DNA from: Stylophora pistillata
Lineage: Eukaryota
Reading direction: 5' to 3'
Assembly: GCF_002571385.2 (NCBI RefSeq)
Contig: NW_019218308.1
Location: 69,620-133,619, forward strand
Length of the DNA: 64,000 bases
This document shows positions 1 through 12,134 of this stretch, in pieces. The position numbers were made by a program, and so were the translations under genes. Under the pieces are notes generated by a model that did no database searches, was not told the DNA's origin, and worked only from the letters and a program-made list of their open reading frames with translations. Positions within the stretch are counted from its first letter, which is position 1, and every line of letters begins with the position of its first letter.

Positions 1-282
1 TTCAAAATATATGAACTTCATATATTCATTGTATCTGATTTATCATCACGGGTTTATTACGAATCAACTTAACGGCCTGCTCCCAGTTGGCTTGTTAGCT
101 CAATTGGTAGAGCGCTGCACTAGTATCGCAGAGGTCAGTGGTTCGAATCCCGTACGGCCTGATTTTTTTCAGGTCTGATTTTCGCTATTGTATAAATAGC
201 GCTCTCTACTGCGAGGATCGTGCATCATACGTATCTAATACCGCAGTTCAAAATATATGAACTTCATATATACATTGTATCT
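1..282 (+). repeat. ~245-bp tRNA-Thr(AGT)-derived tandem repeat
   Basis: tRNA-like GGCTTGTTAGCTCAATTGGTAGAGCG...GGTTCGAATCC followed by a T-run; the unit restarts at 247. Confidence 0.8.
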
Positions 283-1630
283 AATCACATTTATGTTCGA
301 AGGAAATTTAATGTTCGAAAGAAATTTGACATATTTTAGTTCTGAACTCATTCAACGACGTCAATGACCTCAGGTCCTCTGTTAGTTTGTTCCACATGCT
401 TGCAGAAATGTATCTGAAGGAGTGGAGACCATAAGTGGTTGTATTGACATATGGGATAACAAGTTTCCTTGATCCTCGTAGCTCCCTGTCTAGCCCACTC
501 TTCAGGCAATTGGAAAATGCATGAAAAAATCCTGAACAAAACTTTAAACTAGGCTATGCTCTTCATTTAAAACGTCCGCTAATTTCAGAATCACTATTCC
601 CACAGTATTAGAGGTAATTTGTAAACACTTTTAGTAGACTGCTATTGGCATGGATTCTAGATAGAAGGATAGGATCGATAGGGGAATGAAAAGTGCAGTG
701 CTAAATTATGTCCGTTGTTTCTGTAATGTCGATTTTATTTTCCCTTTACACCTCCTGCTTTGTTTCATGTTTCCCGGCTGAACAACTTGGACGACTAAGT
801 CGAGCTTATGGGCAGAATTTCATCCTCTCCGCAGCCCCTCGAAGGAAGGGGGAGGGGGGCTTCCAACCCATGATCTTAAGATGTAATGAGAAATCAACAC
901 ACAAATTTAAATAACCGATAGAATATTTAATGTTGGAAACAGTCATTCAGTAACTTCTTAAATTAAACTACAGGCAATATGACTTTTTAACCCAATCTAA
1001 AATCCAGTGCAGTTATATTTACTAGATATATAGAGTTACAGTGGAACTTCCGTATCCTACTCGTAAAGAAAGTAATTGCTCATGATCACTTTAACTTCAC
1101 AACAAAAAAACATATTTTCTAATTCTGAAAGAATTGTTTTTGTACTATAAAAACTAAACAACCAATTACTTTCGCAAGTTCACGTAAAATGTGTTTATAA
1201 CGTAAAAAAGGTACAGCATTGAAATATCAAAGGACATTGTCCTTGCAGCTTGCAGGCCTAATAGCCCATTCTGCCGGAGCTTTTCACAGTTTTCATGGGT
1301 TAACGTGATGAGAAGTATTTACAAATAAACCCCAATTTATTTAATCATCGAGGCCCGAGCTAGGTAGCATTACGGCTATTGAAATCACATTTATTGATGA
1401 TATCAAATACCTTTTAGCGAAAATTAATTCTTTTTTTTGGGGGGGGGGAGGAGGAGAGAAAGGGGAAGAGGAGCTCAAATGTTTTGGAAAGTTAAATATC
1501 TCAGGCAAACTGTGGCTAATTTCTTTATTTTGTGATATAGGGAAGGCTTGAAACTCCTTCAGTAATCTTCATCGCAATAACAGCAACAACAGAAACTTCT
1601 CAAGCAACGTAAGCGCTTACAAAAGCCACA

Positions 1631-4600
1631 TTAGCATTTGCAAGGGCAAGGTAGGCATAAGCATGGGAAACACATCTTAAAGCAATCAAGGCATTTGCGC
1701 CACCGAGGTGTATTAAATACTTTATACATAATCCCACCATTATTGTCTGCAGCCACAAACCGCACCGAAAAATTTCCAATTAACCGGTGCGAGTCTCTCA
1801 GATTCGATATTTGATCTTCAGAAGGCTGCCATTCAACTAGTCGTTTTACAATGTGCCACTTTTTGTATGAAATCTCGCCATAAACCAAACGCGTCTCCAG
1901 GAGCACAGTGCCTGTCGGGTAATCCTGGCTCATAGCTGCAATATCAATATGTTTGCAAATGCAAGAGCTTAGTGGGCATTTGCAAGAGAAAGGTGGGCAT
2001 AAGCAAGGGAAACAATCCTTGAAGCAATCAAGGCATTTGCGCCACCAAGTTGTATTAAATACCCTATAATGAATCCCACCATTATTGCCTGTAGCCTCAA
2101 ACCGCACCGAAACATTTCCAATTAGCCGGTACGAGTCTCTTAGATTTGATACTTGAGTTTCAGAAGGCTGCCAATCATCTTGTCGTTTTACAATGTGCCG
2201 CTTTTGGTATGAAATCTCGCCGTTAACCAAACGCGTCTCCAGGAGCACAGTGCCTGCCGGGTAATCCTGACCCATGGCTGCAATATTAATATACAAAGGC
2301 ACGTCAATAACAACTGACAATTCAATAAGACAAAATTCCAGCTTCGATTTGTGGTATTTATGAGGGTGGAGAAAATTGCCAGGTCGAACTCATCTGCTAC
2401 GCAAGATTTTCCTAGATTTCTTTCGCTCCCTCTGCCTCTCTTATTTTTTGTATATTAATTTAAGGAGCAGTTCCTGTGTATGCTCCGGAGGGATGCTTTT
2501 ATCAGTCCAGATGCCGAAAAGAGCTCCTCGTTCGTGTCCCGGGACTGGTTTCTATGGATTGCGTACATCCATATCAAAGAAGACCTTTTCCTTTTCTCGG
2601 CGGAGTCTCCATCATGTCCTCCTTCACCACCAAACAAGAGCAAATTGGGTTGACTTATACAAAGTTTGGGATAATTTCTTAGTTTTTTAATTCATCTTTC
2701 GATAAATAATCCTGTACACGTTGTAATTAACCTAAATATAGTTCCATTCTCAATCGGAAAAGAGCGATTACAGCTCCGTAGTTAGATTGTTCTTGGGAAC
2801 GTGCATTGTCAACTCACCTGTCTCGTTCTTCACTGTTGACCCCTTCTCTTCTTTTTTTTCCTGTTGACGTCTCTCGACTGCAACCTCCGTCTGCTAAAAT
2901 AAAAGCAACCAGTCTCATATTATTTCCTCTAATACATAACCTCCAATATTTACCCTTAAATTGAGTTTTGTGACTCAAGAACCCGACCCCGTAAAGCTTG
3001 ATGAGATCGTATGATGGACGTCATCTTGCAAATAACAGTTCCCATCTACCCTCCTTAGTGGCCTCTTTACTGACATCTCTACTTCTCTTTTAGGCGAAGC
3101 TCTCTTGGATAGTCTACGTACCTTTCGATTTATTATTTTTAGGGTTTGTCATGATCAGTGCCTTATTTAATTTCCAGGCATTCTACTTTCGACCAAAACG
3201 TGTATATGAAAGCACACTCAGACCTTTTAGTCAAACCGTTGGGAAATGGGTAAATAGTTCAGTTTTACCAGTGTTTTAAGGTCATTTGGAACTAGTTCAG
3301 GGTCTGGTTTTAGGCTATTATCTTAGGTTGGCCTCAGTAATCGCCTACCTCAATAAAGGGTTTTTCTTGCTTTGCAATGTCTTTCGGCAGAAGCATTTCT
3401 CTGCTATCTCCAAGCGATATCTGAGGGTTGCATAATCAGTTTTTAGGTATATCAGGGAATTATATCTGGTAACCTCTGAGATTATAACACAAAACTCAGT
3501 GTCTCAGTTTTGGTAATACAGAACAATGTCTCATTATATGAGGAAATTCATATCATTTTCGTTACTCATACCATTCCTACAATCATCGTTCTCATCATCA
3601 TCATCATTATTTCATTAAGAAGCCTTGTCTGTAAGGGCGCTTTCTCGTTTTGACTATCACATTACAGACTTTATTTTGTCAAAACAAATATTTGCGAACG
3701 TAATTTGAAGTACATTTCTCGACTTGTTAGGTAAGGAAACGCTGCAAAATTAAATTCTCACCATCCGACTTGTAAACAAAGTCTAGCCTTTCATTGGTTT
3801 AAAAACGAGACTTAATCTCTTCCAAAACGAAAATATGATTTATTCTTAAATTATTATCGGTGAAGATCACTTAACTACGTCATACCTTACGATCGAGGGC
3901 TGAGGGCTCTTCAGTTTTAACCGGCACTGGTTCTTGATTTTGTTTTTGTTTGGCTTAGTATTAAAATTTCATCCCGTTTTTACTTGGATCAATGATTTTC
4001 TCTTTTCTTATGAGGCTGAAAAATTATTTTATTTATATAGAAAAACTCATTCATATTTTTCATACCTCCATCCTTGATAGTGGCTCTGATGTTAGCTCTA
4101 GTCGTTGCTCTGGTTGTGGCTTTGGTTTCGGTTGGTATTCAAACTTCTTTCCTGTTTTGCTTGGATCAAAGTAATGCAGCAATGCTTGCTCATGGATTTC
4201 CCTGTGTTTCTTGTTCCAGGAAAAGATGAAGCTCTGTCTTCCGTCTAGATATTCCTCCCCGAATTGCGAAGCCACTTTTCCCCGTGACCAACGCGAGATC
4301 ACAGATCTGTCTTTCTCGTCTGAATCTTTGTAGTTGTTGTCTTCACCGATGACTATCAAAACCTTACCTCCTTGGAAAACAAAATAAATGAATTGTCTTG
4401 AAAACAAGAAAATTGCACATGATTCAAATGAAAAACACCATTTTATCTATCGGAATGCGCAGTTCCCTCAAGCCTGATTTTAATGTCTTTATGATCAAAA
4501 TTAAGTATAATTTTATGTCAAAAAATGAGCAAAAAGTTCTCTCAGAAGCAAACCAAGATCGTTCGAAGATTAAGCCTAAATTAGTAAAATAAGTCAGTAA

Positions 4601-5715
4601 ATAAGTCCTCAAAATTTCACTAAAATCTCTGAATGAAAACTGCATATGATTTCAAAAACACCATCAAACTATCCGTAGTCTTTTTCTTACTGGCGCTGTA
4701 CCCTCCAACCTGATTTAGACGGCCTTCAGAACAAATAACCCATGATTCCCAGTATTCAATACCGGGAATTATCACCATAGTCTTTAATTGCGGATAGATT
4801 TATTTTAAAGACTTTTCAAGATTATGGGGTAAATTTAAAACGTCTGAGTTTACTTTCACAACCTTTATTTATGATCTTTGTTAAACCGAGTTTTCTCAGT
4901 GGAAGAACGCGTGCCTTTACAAATACCTATATATTTATTTTTTCGACTATTATTTTCAGACATCCAAGTTCCTTCCGAGAAACCGTGGATGATAAAATCA
5001 TGGTTTTGTTAAAGTGAAAGTCGAAGAGAGGCCGGAAGTAACTTCCGCTTTTGGTTAGTTACAACGTGGACACGAACTAAGTGTTTTTCACTAAAGCGAA
5101 AGTTGTTAATCCCCGGGAACTAGCTTTGAGAGTTAATCATACCAAAGGTTCGCGTCTCATCTTTCAAGAAAAGAGTAAATGTTGAAAACTCGACTACCTT
5201 GAAAGATACAGGCCTAGTTACGCTTGTATATGTTGTTCTCTTTGTGTTCCCCTATGAAAAAAATTACAAATCACAAATAACGGCATTTATCAGGGGTCTA
5301 AAGGATATTTAACGTTATCAGAGTTTATATCGTCATGAAAAGAAAAAAGTATGTCTTAATTGCTGCGAAAGGATGTGATGCCGAACCGTTATCAACTCGA
5401 CCATTTCGACTCACCAGTCGCTTCTTGTAACGCTCTGTAGATATTTGCATAACCAATTCCAGCGTTGTCTTCGTTGATTGAGAGCCGTGATTCATGGGCA
5501 TTGACAGCAAAAATAGCAAAATCCATTTGTAGTCCGGGAATAAGTGTCTCGCACATCTCTGACATTTCACGCAGCCGAAAATTGCGCTTGTCCACTGCAA
5601 ACCGCATCTTCGCATCGTTTTGCACAGTTAGTAGTAAGGATTCTATCGGATCTAAACTACAAGTATTATCGCAGTTAAAAAGATAGATGTTGGTCGGCTT
5701 TCCTTTCATATCCAT
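1631..5715 (-). CDS. Family gene 1: TIR-like domain + linker + 2x novel C-domain, each followed by a Cys-rich tail (~454 aa)
   Basis: Exons 5715-5415, 4370-4066, 2893-2818, 2313-1631 with GT-AG sites and consistent phases (1,0,1). Motifs are shared with 8 paralogs. The last exon has a 342-bp internal duplication. Confidence 0.8.
3886..3993 (-). pseudogene. Relic 3' end of another paralog's exon 2 inside intron 2 of gene 1
   Basis: Minus strand reads IDPSKNGMKF*Y*AKQKQNQEPVPVKTEEPSALDRK|GTATG, matching the family exon-2 end (DPSK.G.KF.Y) plus a donor site. Confidence 0.7.
5011..5103. promoter_or_regulatory. Intronic IRF-like + inverted ETS pair module (paralogous at 14434-14448 and 19823-19893)
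   Basis: AAAGTGAAAGT, palindrome CGGAAGTAACTTCCG, AAAGCGAAAGT. Confidence 0.5.
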
Positions 5716-6740
5716 AGCACTTTTCTTTGGAATAACTTCACCAATGAACAGGAAAGCAAACCTTTTTCGAACACAGCCGAACAAAGTATATTTGCTTGTC
5801 GTTCCCTGAATACGATTTCCCAGAATGTTGCGTTACCCTCATTTGTAGCCGAACCTCTTTGATGACGTCTACGGCAATAGCACGTAAACACTGTTTATTG
5901 TTTTGTACCTCGAATCCTAAACTGAAGCTAGTGTTTATGGATAAATATCGTAATTTCATTTTAACTACATTCAAATACTGAGTCTTGCAGCTGAAAAGGC
6001 AAAGGTGGAGAACAATTCAATTTTTCCTTTTTTTGCCTCAAACGACTTCATTAGCCTTCTCAAGAGCAAAACAACAGCACACTGAAGAATACAGATTTCA
6101 GTCAAATGTATCATGAAATATCTGACACAAGATCACCGACAATAAACGGTTATTAAACGCAAGCAGAGTATAGAAATTGCTATAATAAGGTTAACATTCT
6201 CTCACTCCTTTATCGGGAAGCATTCTCTCACTGTGGCGGAGCGGAGTCGGGTGGCGGGGGTGGGAGTAATTGGATGGTGTAAATGTTAAATATTTGGACC
6301 CCAGCTTTACTCTTAAACAGACTTTGACGCATTTCAACCGCTTAGAGATTGATCCATGCATACATAATCAAGATTTCACCAGAAATTTTTTGTGGCCATG
6401 TTTTTGACAAAAAAAATTTTTAAAGGGTGTCCGTATAGGTCATTACGATGACGTCACTTCGAAGACCCTATATTCCTGTAACTGCAACTGGAAATTGGCA
6501 CACACTTGCATTTGAATTTATCAATTATAAACAATATTTTATTCTTTCTAGGGACTAATTTTTTTTCTTTTTGAATTTGTTGTTCTTGATCAGCTATTGC
6601 AGTAGCCTTTTTCTTTAATAAGGGCCAGATTTGGTAAAGAAAACATTGGCTTTTATGTAACTGAAAACCATCGGGAGTTTGTTTCATCTAAAACAGTTCT
6701 AAAAGATCTGATCTCCAGAATGAACGCAATGAAGAGCTTC

Positions 6741-7210
6741 AGTGTTGAGGACCGGATGGTGTCTTTCCCGCTCCTATGACTCTTATTCCGAATGTTGAGG
6801 CCCGGATGGTGTTTTTCCCGCTCCTATGACTCTTATTCCGAGTGTTGAGGCCCGGATGGTGTTTTTCCCGCTCCTATGACTCTTATTCCGAGTGTTGAGG
6901 CCCGGATGGTGTCTTTCCTGCTCCTATGACTCTTATTCCGAGTGTTGAGTCCCGGATGGTATCTTTCCCGCTCCCATGACTCTTATTCCGAGTGTTGAGG
7001 CCCGGATGGTGTTTTTCCCGCTCCTATGACTCTTATTCCGAGTGTTGAGGCCCGGATGGTGTCTTTCCCGCTCCTATGACTCTTATTCCGAGTGTTGAGG
7101 CCCGGATGGTATCTATCCCGCTCCTATGACTCTTATTACGAGTGTTGAGGCCCGGATGGTGTCTTTCCCGCTGCTATGACTCTTATTCCGAGTGTTGAGG
7201 CCCGGATGGT
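6741..7210. repeat. 50-bp minisatellite, ~9.4 copies
   Basis: Unit AGTGTTGAGGCCCGGATGGTGTYTTTCCCGCTCCTATGACTCTTATTCCG with no spacers; ~1.7 further copies at 10131-10216. Confidence 0.95.
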
Positions 7211-7238
7211 NGAAAGGTAGCAAATTCTTCTCAATTAT

Positions 7239-7328
7239 TTTAAGACCCTGAGTGTTGGTCCGGCCGGGGCTCGAACCCTCGACCTCCCGCACAACAGTTC
7301 AGCGCTCTATCCATTGAGCTAACCGGGA
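7239..7328 (-). mobile_element. tRNA-derived SINE fragment
   Basis: Minus strand has A box TAGCTCAATGGATAGAGC and B box GGTTCGAGCC. Confidence 0.6.
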
Positions 7329-8566
7329 GGCGTAGGTAGATCATGTACGCGATCATAAACGTGAAACATGCCGTAATTACTATTGTGTACGATGCTTTGC
7401 AGTTTTGTCTGTCTTGCAGTTCTCTTCTTTGCGTCACTTGTATCCTAACCCCCTTCCTAACTGAAATAAACTTAAGTTCAAAAGGCATATATTCGATCAA
7501 ATAATCGTAGGTAGATCATATACTATATTCCTTAAAGAAAAGGTACATCTATGTAAACCACTATTGTAATGGAGCTTCCTAATAAAAGATTGTTGTTATT
7601 ATTATTATGATTATTATTACATCGAACTGTTTTTTTTTTTTCGGAGTTCTGACAGTGAATGATATTTGAATTATTTACTTATGTCTTTTTCCGAGAAACC
7701 ACACTTTTTTTTCTTCAACGTGACCCGTTCGCTGGATTTGTTTTTCGGCAGTTTGCGAATCTTCCATATATGAGTAATCAAGCTAAGTTACTAATTCAAG
7801 CTAATTCACCATGATTCCCATCATTGCTTTCTCCAAACCTAAACTTATCGTTGCAACGTCGAACTGGGAATATTTTAGAATCGATAGATCTATCTTAGCA
7901 AAGGCTCATAAAAGAAAAGCGTCGTTCGCCGACTTGGTATTTTGCTGTTCATACGAGATGTTTACGCAGGCGTCAAAATTGCGGTATGAACTAAGCTTAC
8001 TCATGCGTGCCGAATAAGTTATATTTGTTTTCATTTCGCTCCGCTGGCGAGTTGTGTGGCTCTAATAATATCACAGATTTGACCAATACCCCCGTTTTCC
8101 TTGATGAAAATTGCAATTCTTTAGCCTCAGTCAGAAATCAACTGAGTCCCGTGCAAATTGCAAATAGAAGTACTCATTAGCATCAACATTATACCCTGAG
8201 AATATGTACCTACCAGACGAATTTAATCGAATGTTTTGTATATTAACACATTTTCCGTCCCTTGCAAATGGTAGTTTTTCCTTATTATTAAGGATGTGCC
8301 TTCGACTGTTATATCATGACCACATCATTTCTTTTCCCCAGGATAAATCGATCAAATGACGAAAAAAAAAAAAAACAAGACCTTAAACTACTTCCGCTTT
8401 ATGGTGTGTGACAACGGCTCGAAAGAGAAAGAAACGTGTTTGTGCATATCATCTTCTACCAAACGAATTAATCTCACCTTCACACTTAATAACACGATAA
8501 AGGGTTTCTCTGTCTTTTACCTAGTTTTAATGCCATTAAAATAAAACAGATTTTTTAGCTAAAATG

Positions 8567-9650
8567 TATATATGAAGTTCATATATTTTGAACTGCGGTA
8601 TTAGATACGTATGATGCACGATCCTCGCAGTAGAGAGCGCTGTTTATGCAATAGCGAAAATCAGACCTGAAAAAAATCAGGCCTATACGGGATTCGAACC
8701 ACTGACCTCTGCGATACTAGGTGCAGCGCTCTACCAATTGAGCTAACAAGCCAACTGGGAACAGGCCGTTAAGTTGATTCTTAATAAACCCGTGATGATA
8801 AATCAGATACACTATGAAGTTCATATATTTTGAACTGCGGTATTAGATACGTATGATGCACGATCCTCGCAGTAGAGAGCGCTGTTTATGCAATAGCGAA
8901 AATCAGACCTGAAAAAAATCAGGCCTATACGGGATTCGAACCACTGACCTCTGCGATACTAGGTGCAGCGCTCTACCAATTGAGCTAACAAGCCAACTGG
9001 GAACAGGCCGTTAAGTTGATTCTTAATAAACCCGTGATGATAAATCAGATACACTATGAAGTTCATATATTTTGAACTGCGGTATTAGATACGTATGATG
9101 CACGATCCTCGCAGTAGAGAGCGCTATTTATGCAATAGCGAAAATCAGACCTGAAAAAAATCAGGCCTATACGGGATTCGAACCACTGACNNNNNNNNNN
9201 NNNNNNNNNNNNNNNNNNNNNNNNNNNNNNNNNNNNNNNNNNNNNNNNNNNNNNNNNNNNNNNNNNNNNNNNNNNNNNNNNNNNNNNNNNNNNNNNNNNN
9301 NNNNNNNNNNNNNNNNNNNNNNNNNNNNNNNNNNNNNNNNNNNNNNNNNNNNNNNNNNNNNNNNNNNNNNNNNNNNNNNNNNNNNNNNNNNNNNNNNNNN
9401 NNNNNNNNNNNNNNNNNNNNNNNNNNNNNNNNNNNNNNNNNNNNNNNNNNNNNNNNNNNNNNNNNNNNNNNNNNNNNNNNNNNNNNNNNNNNNNNNTCCC
9501 AGTTGGCTTGTTAGCTCAATTGGTAGAGCGCAGCACTAGTATCGCAGACGTCAGTGGTTCGAATCCCGTATAGGCCTGATTTTTTTCAGGTCTGATTTTC
9601 GCTATTGCATAAATAGCGCTCTCTACTGCGAGGATCGTGCATCATACGTA
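8567..9650. repeat. tRNA-derived repeat array, minus orientation 8567-9190 and plus orientation 9496-9650, spanning the N-gap
   Basis: 242-bp period in the left arm. Confidence 0.85.
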
Positions 9651-9670
9651 GATTTTTTAGCCTAACTTAC

Positions 9671-10265
9671 TTGTGGCCTCCAACAAAGCTCTGTAGATCT
9701 TCGCGTAGCCAATCCCTGCATTATCTTCGTTGATCGAGAGACGAGACTCGTGCGCATGTAGTGCGAAAATAGCATAATCCATCTGAGTTTGAGGAATTGT
9801 GTTTTCACAAAAATCAGCCATTTGTTGCAATCCAAAGTTGTACTTCCCAATCGCGAGGTTGAAGCCATGTTTCTTATTCATTTCCATCAGGAACGCCTCA
9901 ACCACCTCTAGCTTATAGGTGTTATCGCAATTGAAAAGACAAATAGTCTTCTTCGATTTATTCGCCATAATGGGAAAAAGTTCTGAACTATTTCTTCGCC
10001 AAAAGCTCAACTCTTAGTAATATGTGAGCGTCGTTTGTTTCAGGGTGGTGATTCTGCGAATAGCAGATTTCCGCGAAATGTTTATCGTGTGACGTTGTTT
10101 TTGATGTTTTGTCACGCAACGCAGTCTCAAATGGTGTTTTTCCCGCTCCTATGACTCTTATTCCGAGTGTTGAGGCCCGGATGGTGTCTTTCCCGCTCCT
10201 ATGACTCTTATTCCGAGAGAAAATGTCGTTATTATCTTCTCCTATGACTATCAACAACTTGTTGT
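9671..10265 (-). pseudogene. Family gene 2 fragment: complete exon 1 (9968-9671) plus a truncated exon 2 start (10265-~10215) in reversed order
   Basis: MANKSKKTICLFNCD...LLEAT|GTAAG is a full exon 1. AG|..NKLLIVIGEDNN lies upstream of it and runs into the 50-bp repeat. Adjacent to the N-gap. Confidence 0.65.
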
Positions 10266-10396
10266 CTGATAAACAATGGTTTAAAAGACATAAGAAACAA
10301 TACAATACAATGTTCTTTATTTTAAGAGGGTAAATACATGATTAACCCAGTAAAGAGTTTTCTAACACATGGCCCTCTGTAATACAGAACAACCCA

Positions 10397-11130
10397 CCCT
10401 ACCAATTGAGCTAACAAGCCAACTGGGAGCAGGCCGTTAAGTTGATTTGTAATAAACCCATGATGATAAATCAGATACAATGAATATATGAAGTTCATTT
10501 ATTTTGAACTGCGGTATTAAATACGTACAGTATGATGCACAATTCTTCGCAGTAGAAAGCACTATTTATGCAATAGCGAAAATCACACCTGAAAAAAATC
10601 AGGCCTGTACGGGATTCGAACTGCTGACTATACGTATTTAATACCGCAGTTCAAAATATATGAACTTCATATATTCATTGTATCTGATTTATCATCACGG
10701 GTTTATTACGAATCAACTTAACGGCCTGCTCCCAGTTGGCTTGTTAGCTCAATTGGTAGAGCGCTGCACTAGTATCGCAGAGGTCAGTGGTTCGAATCCC
10801 GTACAGGCCTGATTTTTTTCAGGTCTGATTTTCGCTATTGCATAAATAGCGCTCTCTACTGCGAGGATCGTGCATCATACGTATCTAATACCGCAGTTCA
10901 AAATATATGAACTTCATATATTCATTGTATCTGATTTATCATCACGGGTTTATTACGAATCAACTTAACGGCCTGCTCCCAGTTGGCTTGTTAGCTCAAT
11001 TGGTAGAGCGCTGCACTAGTATCGCAGAGGTCAGTGGTTCGAATCCCGTACAGGCCTGAAATTTTTTTCAGGTCTGATTTTCACTATTGCCCAAATAGTG
11101 CTTTACTGCGAAGGATCGTGCATATATACG
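10397..11130. repeat. tRNA-derived repeat array, inverted arms (minus then plus)
   Basis: Orientation switches at ~10630; 247-bp period on the plus arm. Confidence 0.85.
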
Positions 11131-12134
11131 AGTGATAGTAATGAACGGTTGCATGGATTGTAAATACAAGGATGGGATCGGTAGGGGAAAAGAAATCGTA
11201 ATGCTCAAATGTCCGTTTTTCAGGTGTAACGTCGATTTTTTATTTCCCTTTTAGACTTCTTACATTGTTTTATAGTTTCTGAACAACTTGGATAACATAG
11301 TCGAACTAATGGGCAAAGCTACCAACCCATGATCTTGAGAGGTAATGAGAACTTAACTTAGAAAAGAAATAATCGATAAAATATTTAATATTGAAGACAG
11401 TCATTCAGTATATTTTTTAAACAACAAACAACGATTCTTTATTCAATGTAAAATCCAATATAGATATATCAACTAGTAGTTACAGTTACTGTATAACTTC
11501 CGTGACTTATCCCATGAAGAAATCAACTGATTGCTGGTTTCGACTTCACAAAACAAAAGTCACTTTCTCTAATTCTAATTGAAGCGTTTGTGTACCATAA
11601 CAAATTCACAATAACTAGTTGCTCTCGCAACTACAAGTTAAAGTGCGCGTTTACAAAGTGGAAAAAAAATACCCTACAGCATTGAAGTCGTAAAACAAAA
11701 TATCGAAAAACAGGCAGTTTACAAGCTTTATGGCCAATTCTACAGGAGTTCATCACAGTTTCCATGGCATGATGCGATGAGGAGTATTACTTATCCTTGG
11801 ATGGGTTGCTAGACCATCCAAGACTGTTACCTGTAGCTGATTTATAAACCTGAAAGAAAAACTGCATGGATTCCCAATCCAGATTAGTAGGTATATCTGG
11901 TTTGTGCTCGCACGAATACCTTGTTGAACTATTCTACCAGTCAACCCCCATACAACTTAATAATTTCGAATGAAGTGAGTTACGAAGGTGGGAAGTAATT
12001 GACAAATCAGACTCTTTGCATATCTGACCTAATCTTCTCTAAGACTTCTCTAAGTTTAAGTCTTTTTGGTAGGTTAAGTTATCTAGCTAGGAGAAGAAAA
12101 CATTCATTTTTCTGTGTACTGTTCTTAATGTAGA

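Noticed and set aside
89-160. Functional tRNA-Thr(AGT) genes in the 245-bp repeats
   Set aside because: The T-stem is mispaired (AGTGG/CCCGT), there is an anticodon-stem mismatch, and copies are embedded in truncated or inverted repeat units. Treated as tRNA-derived repeats.
2376-2690. Overlapping ORFs in intron 3 of gene 1
   Set aside because: No paralogous counterpart and not needed for phase continuity, although an extra small exon cannot be excluded.
5465-5686. Recurrent antisense ORFs (also 14916, 13638, 18733, 18758, 37278)
   Set aside because: They are shadows of conserved sense exons or of the QPKP repeat.
6741-7210. CRISPR-like array
   Set aside because: The 50-bp units are contiguous with no unique spacers, the context is eukaryotic and there are no cas genes.
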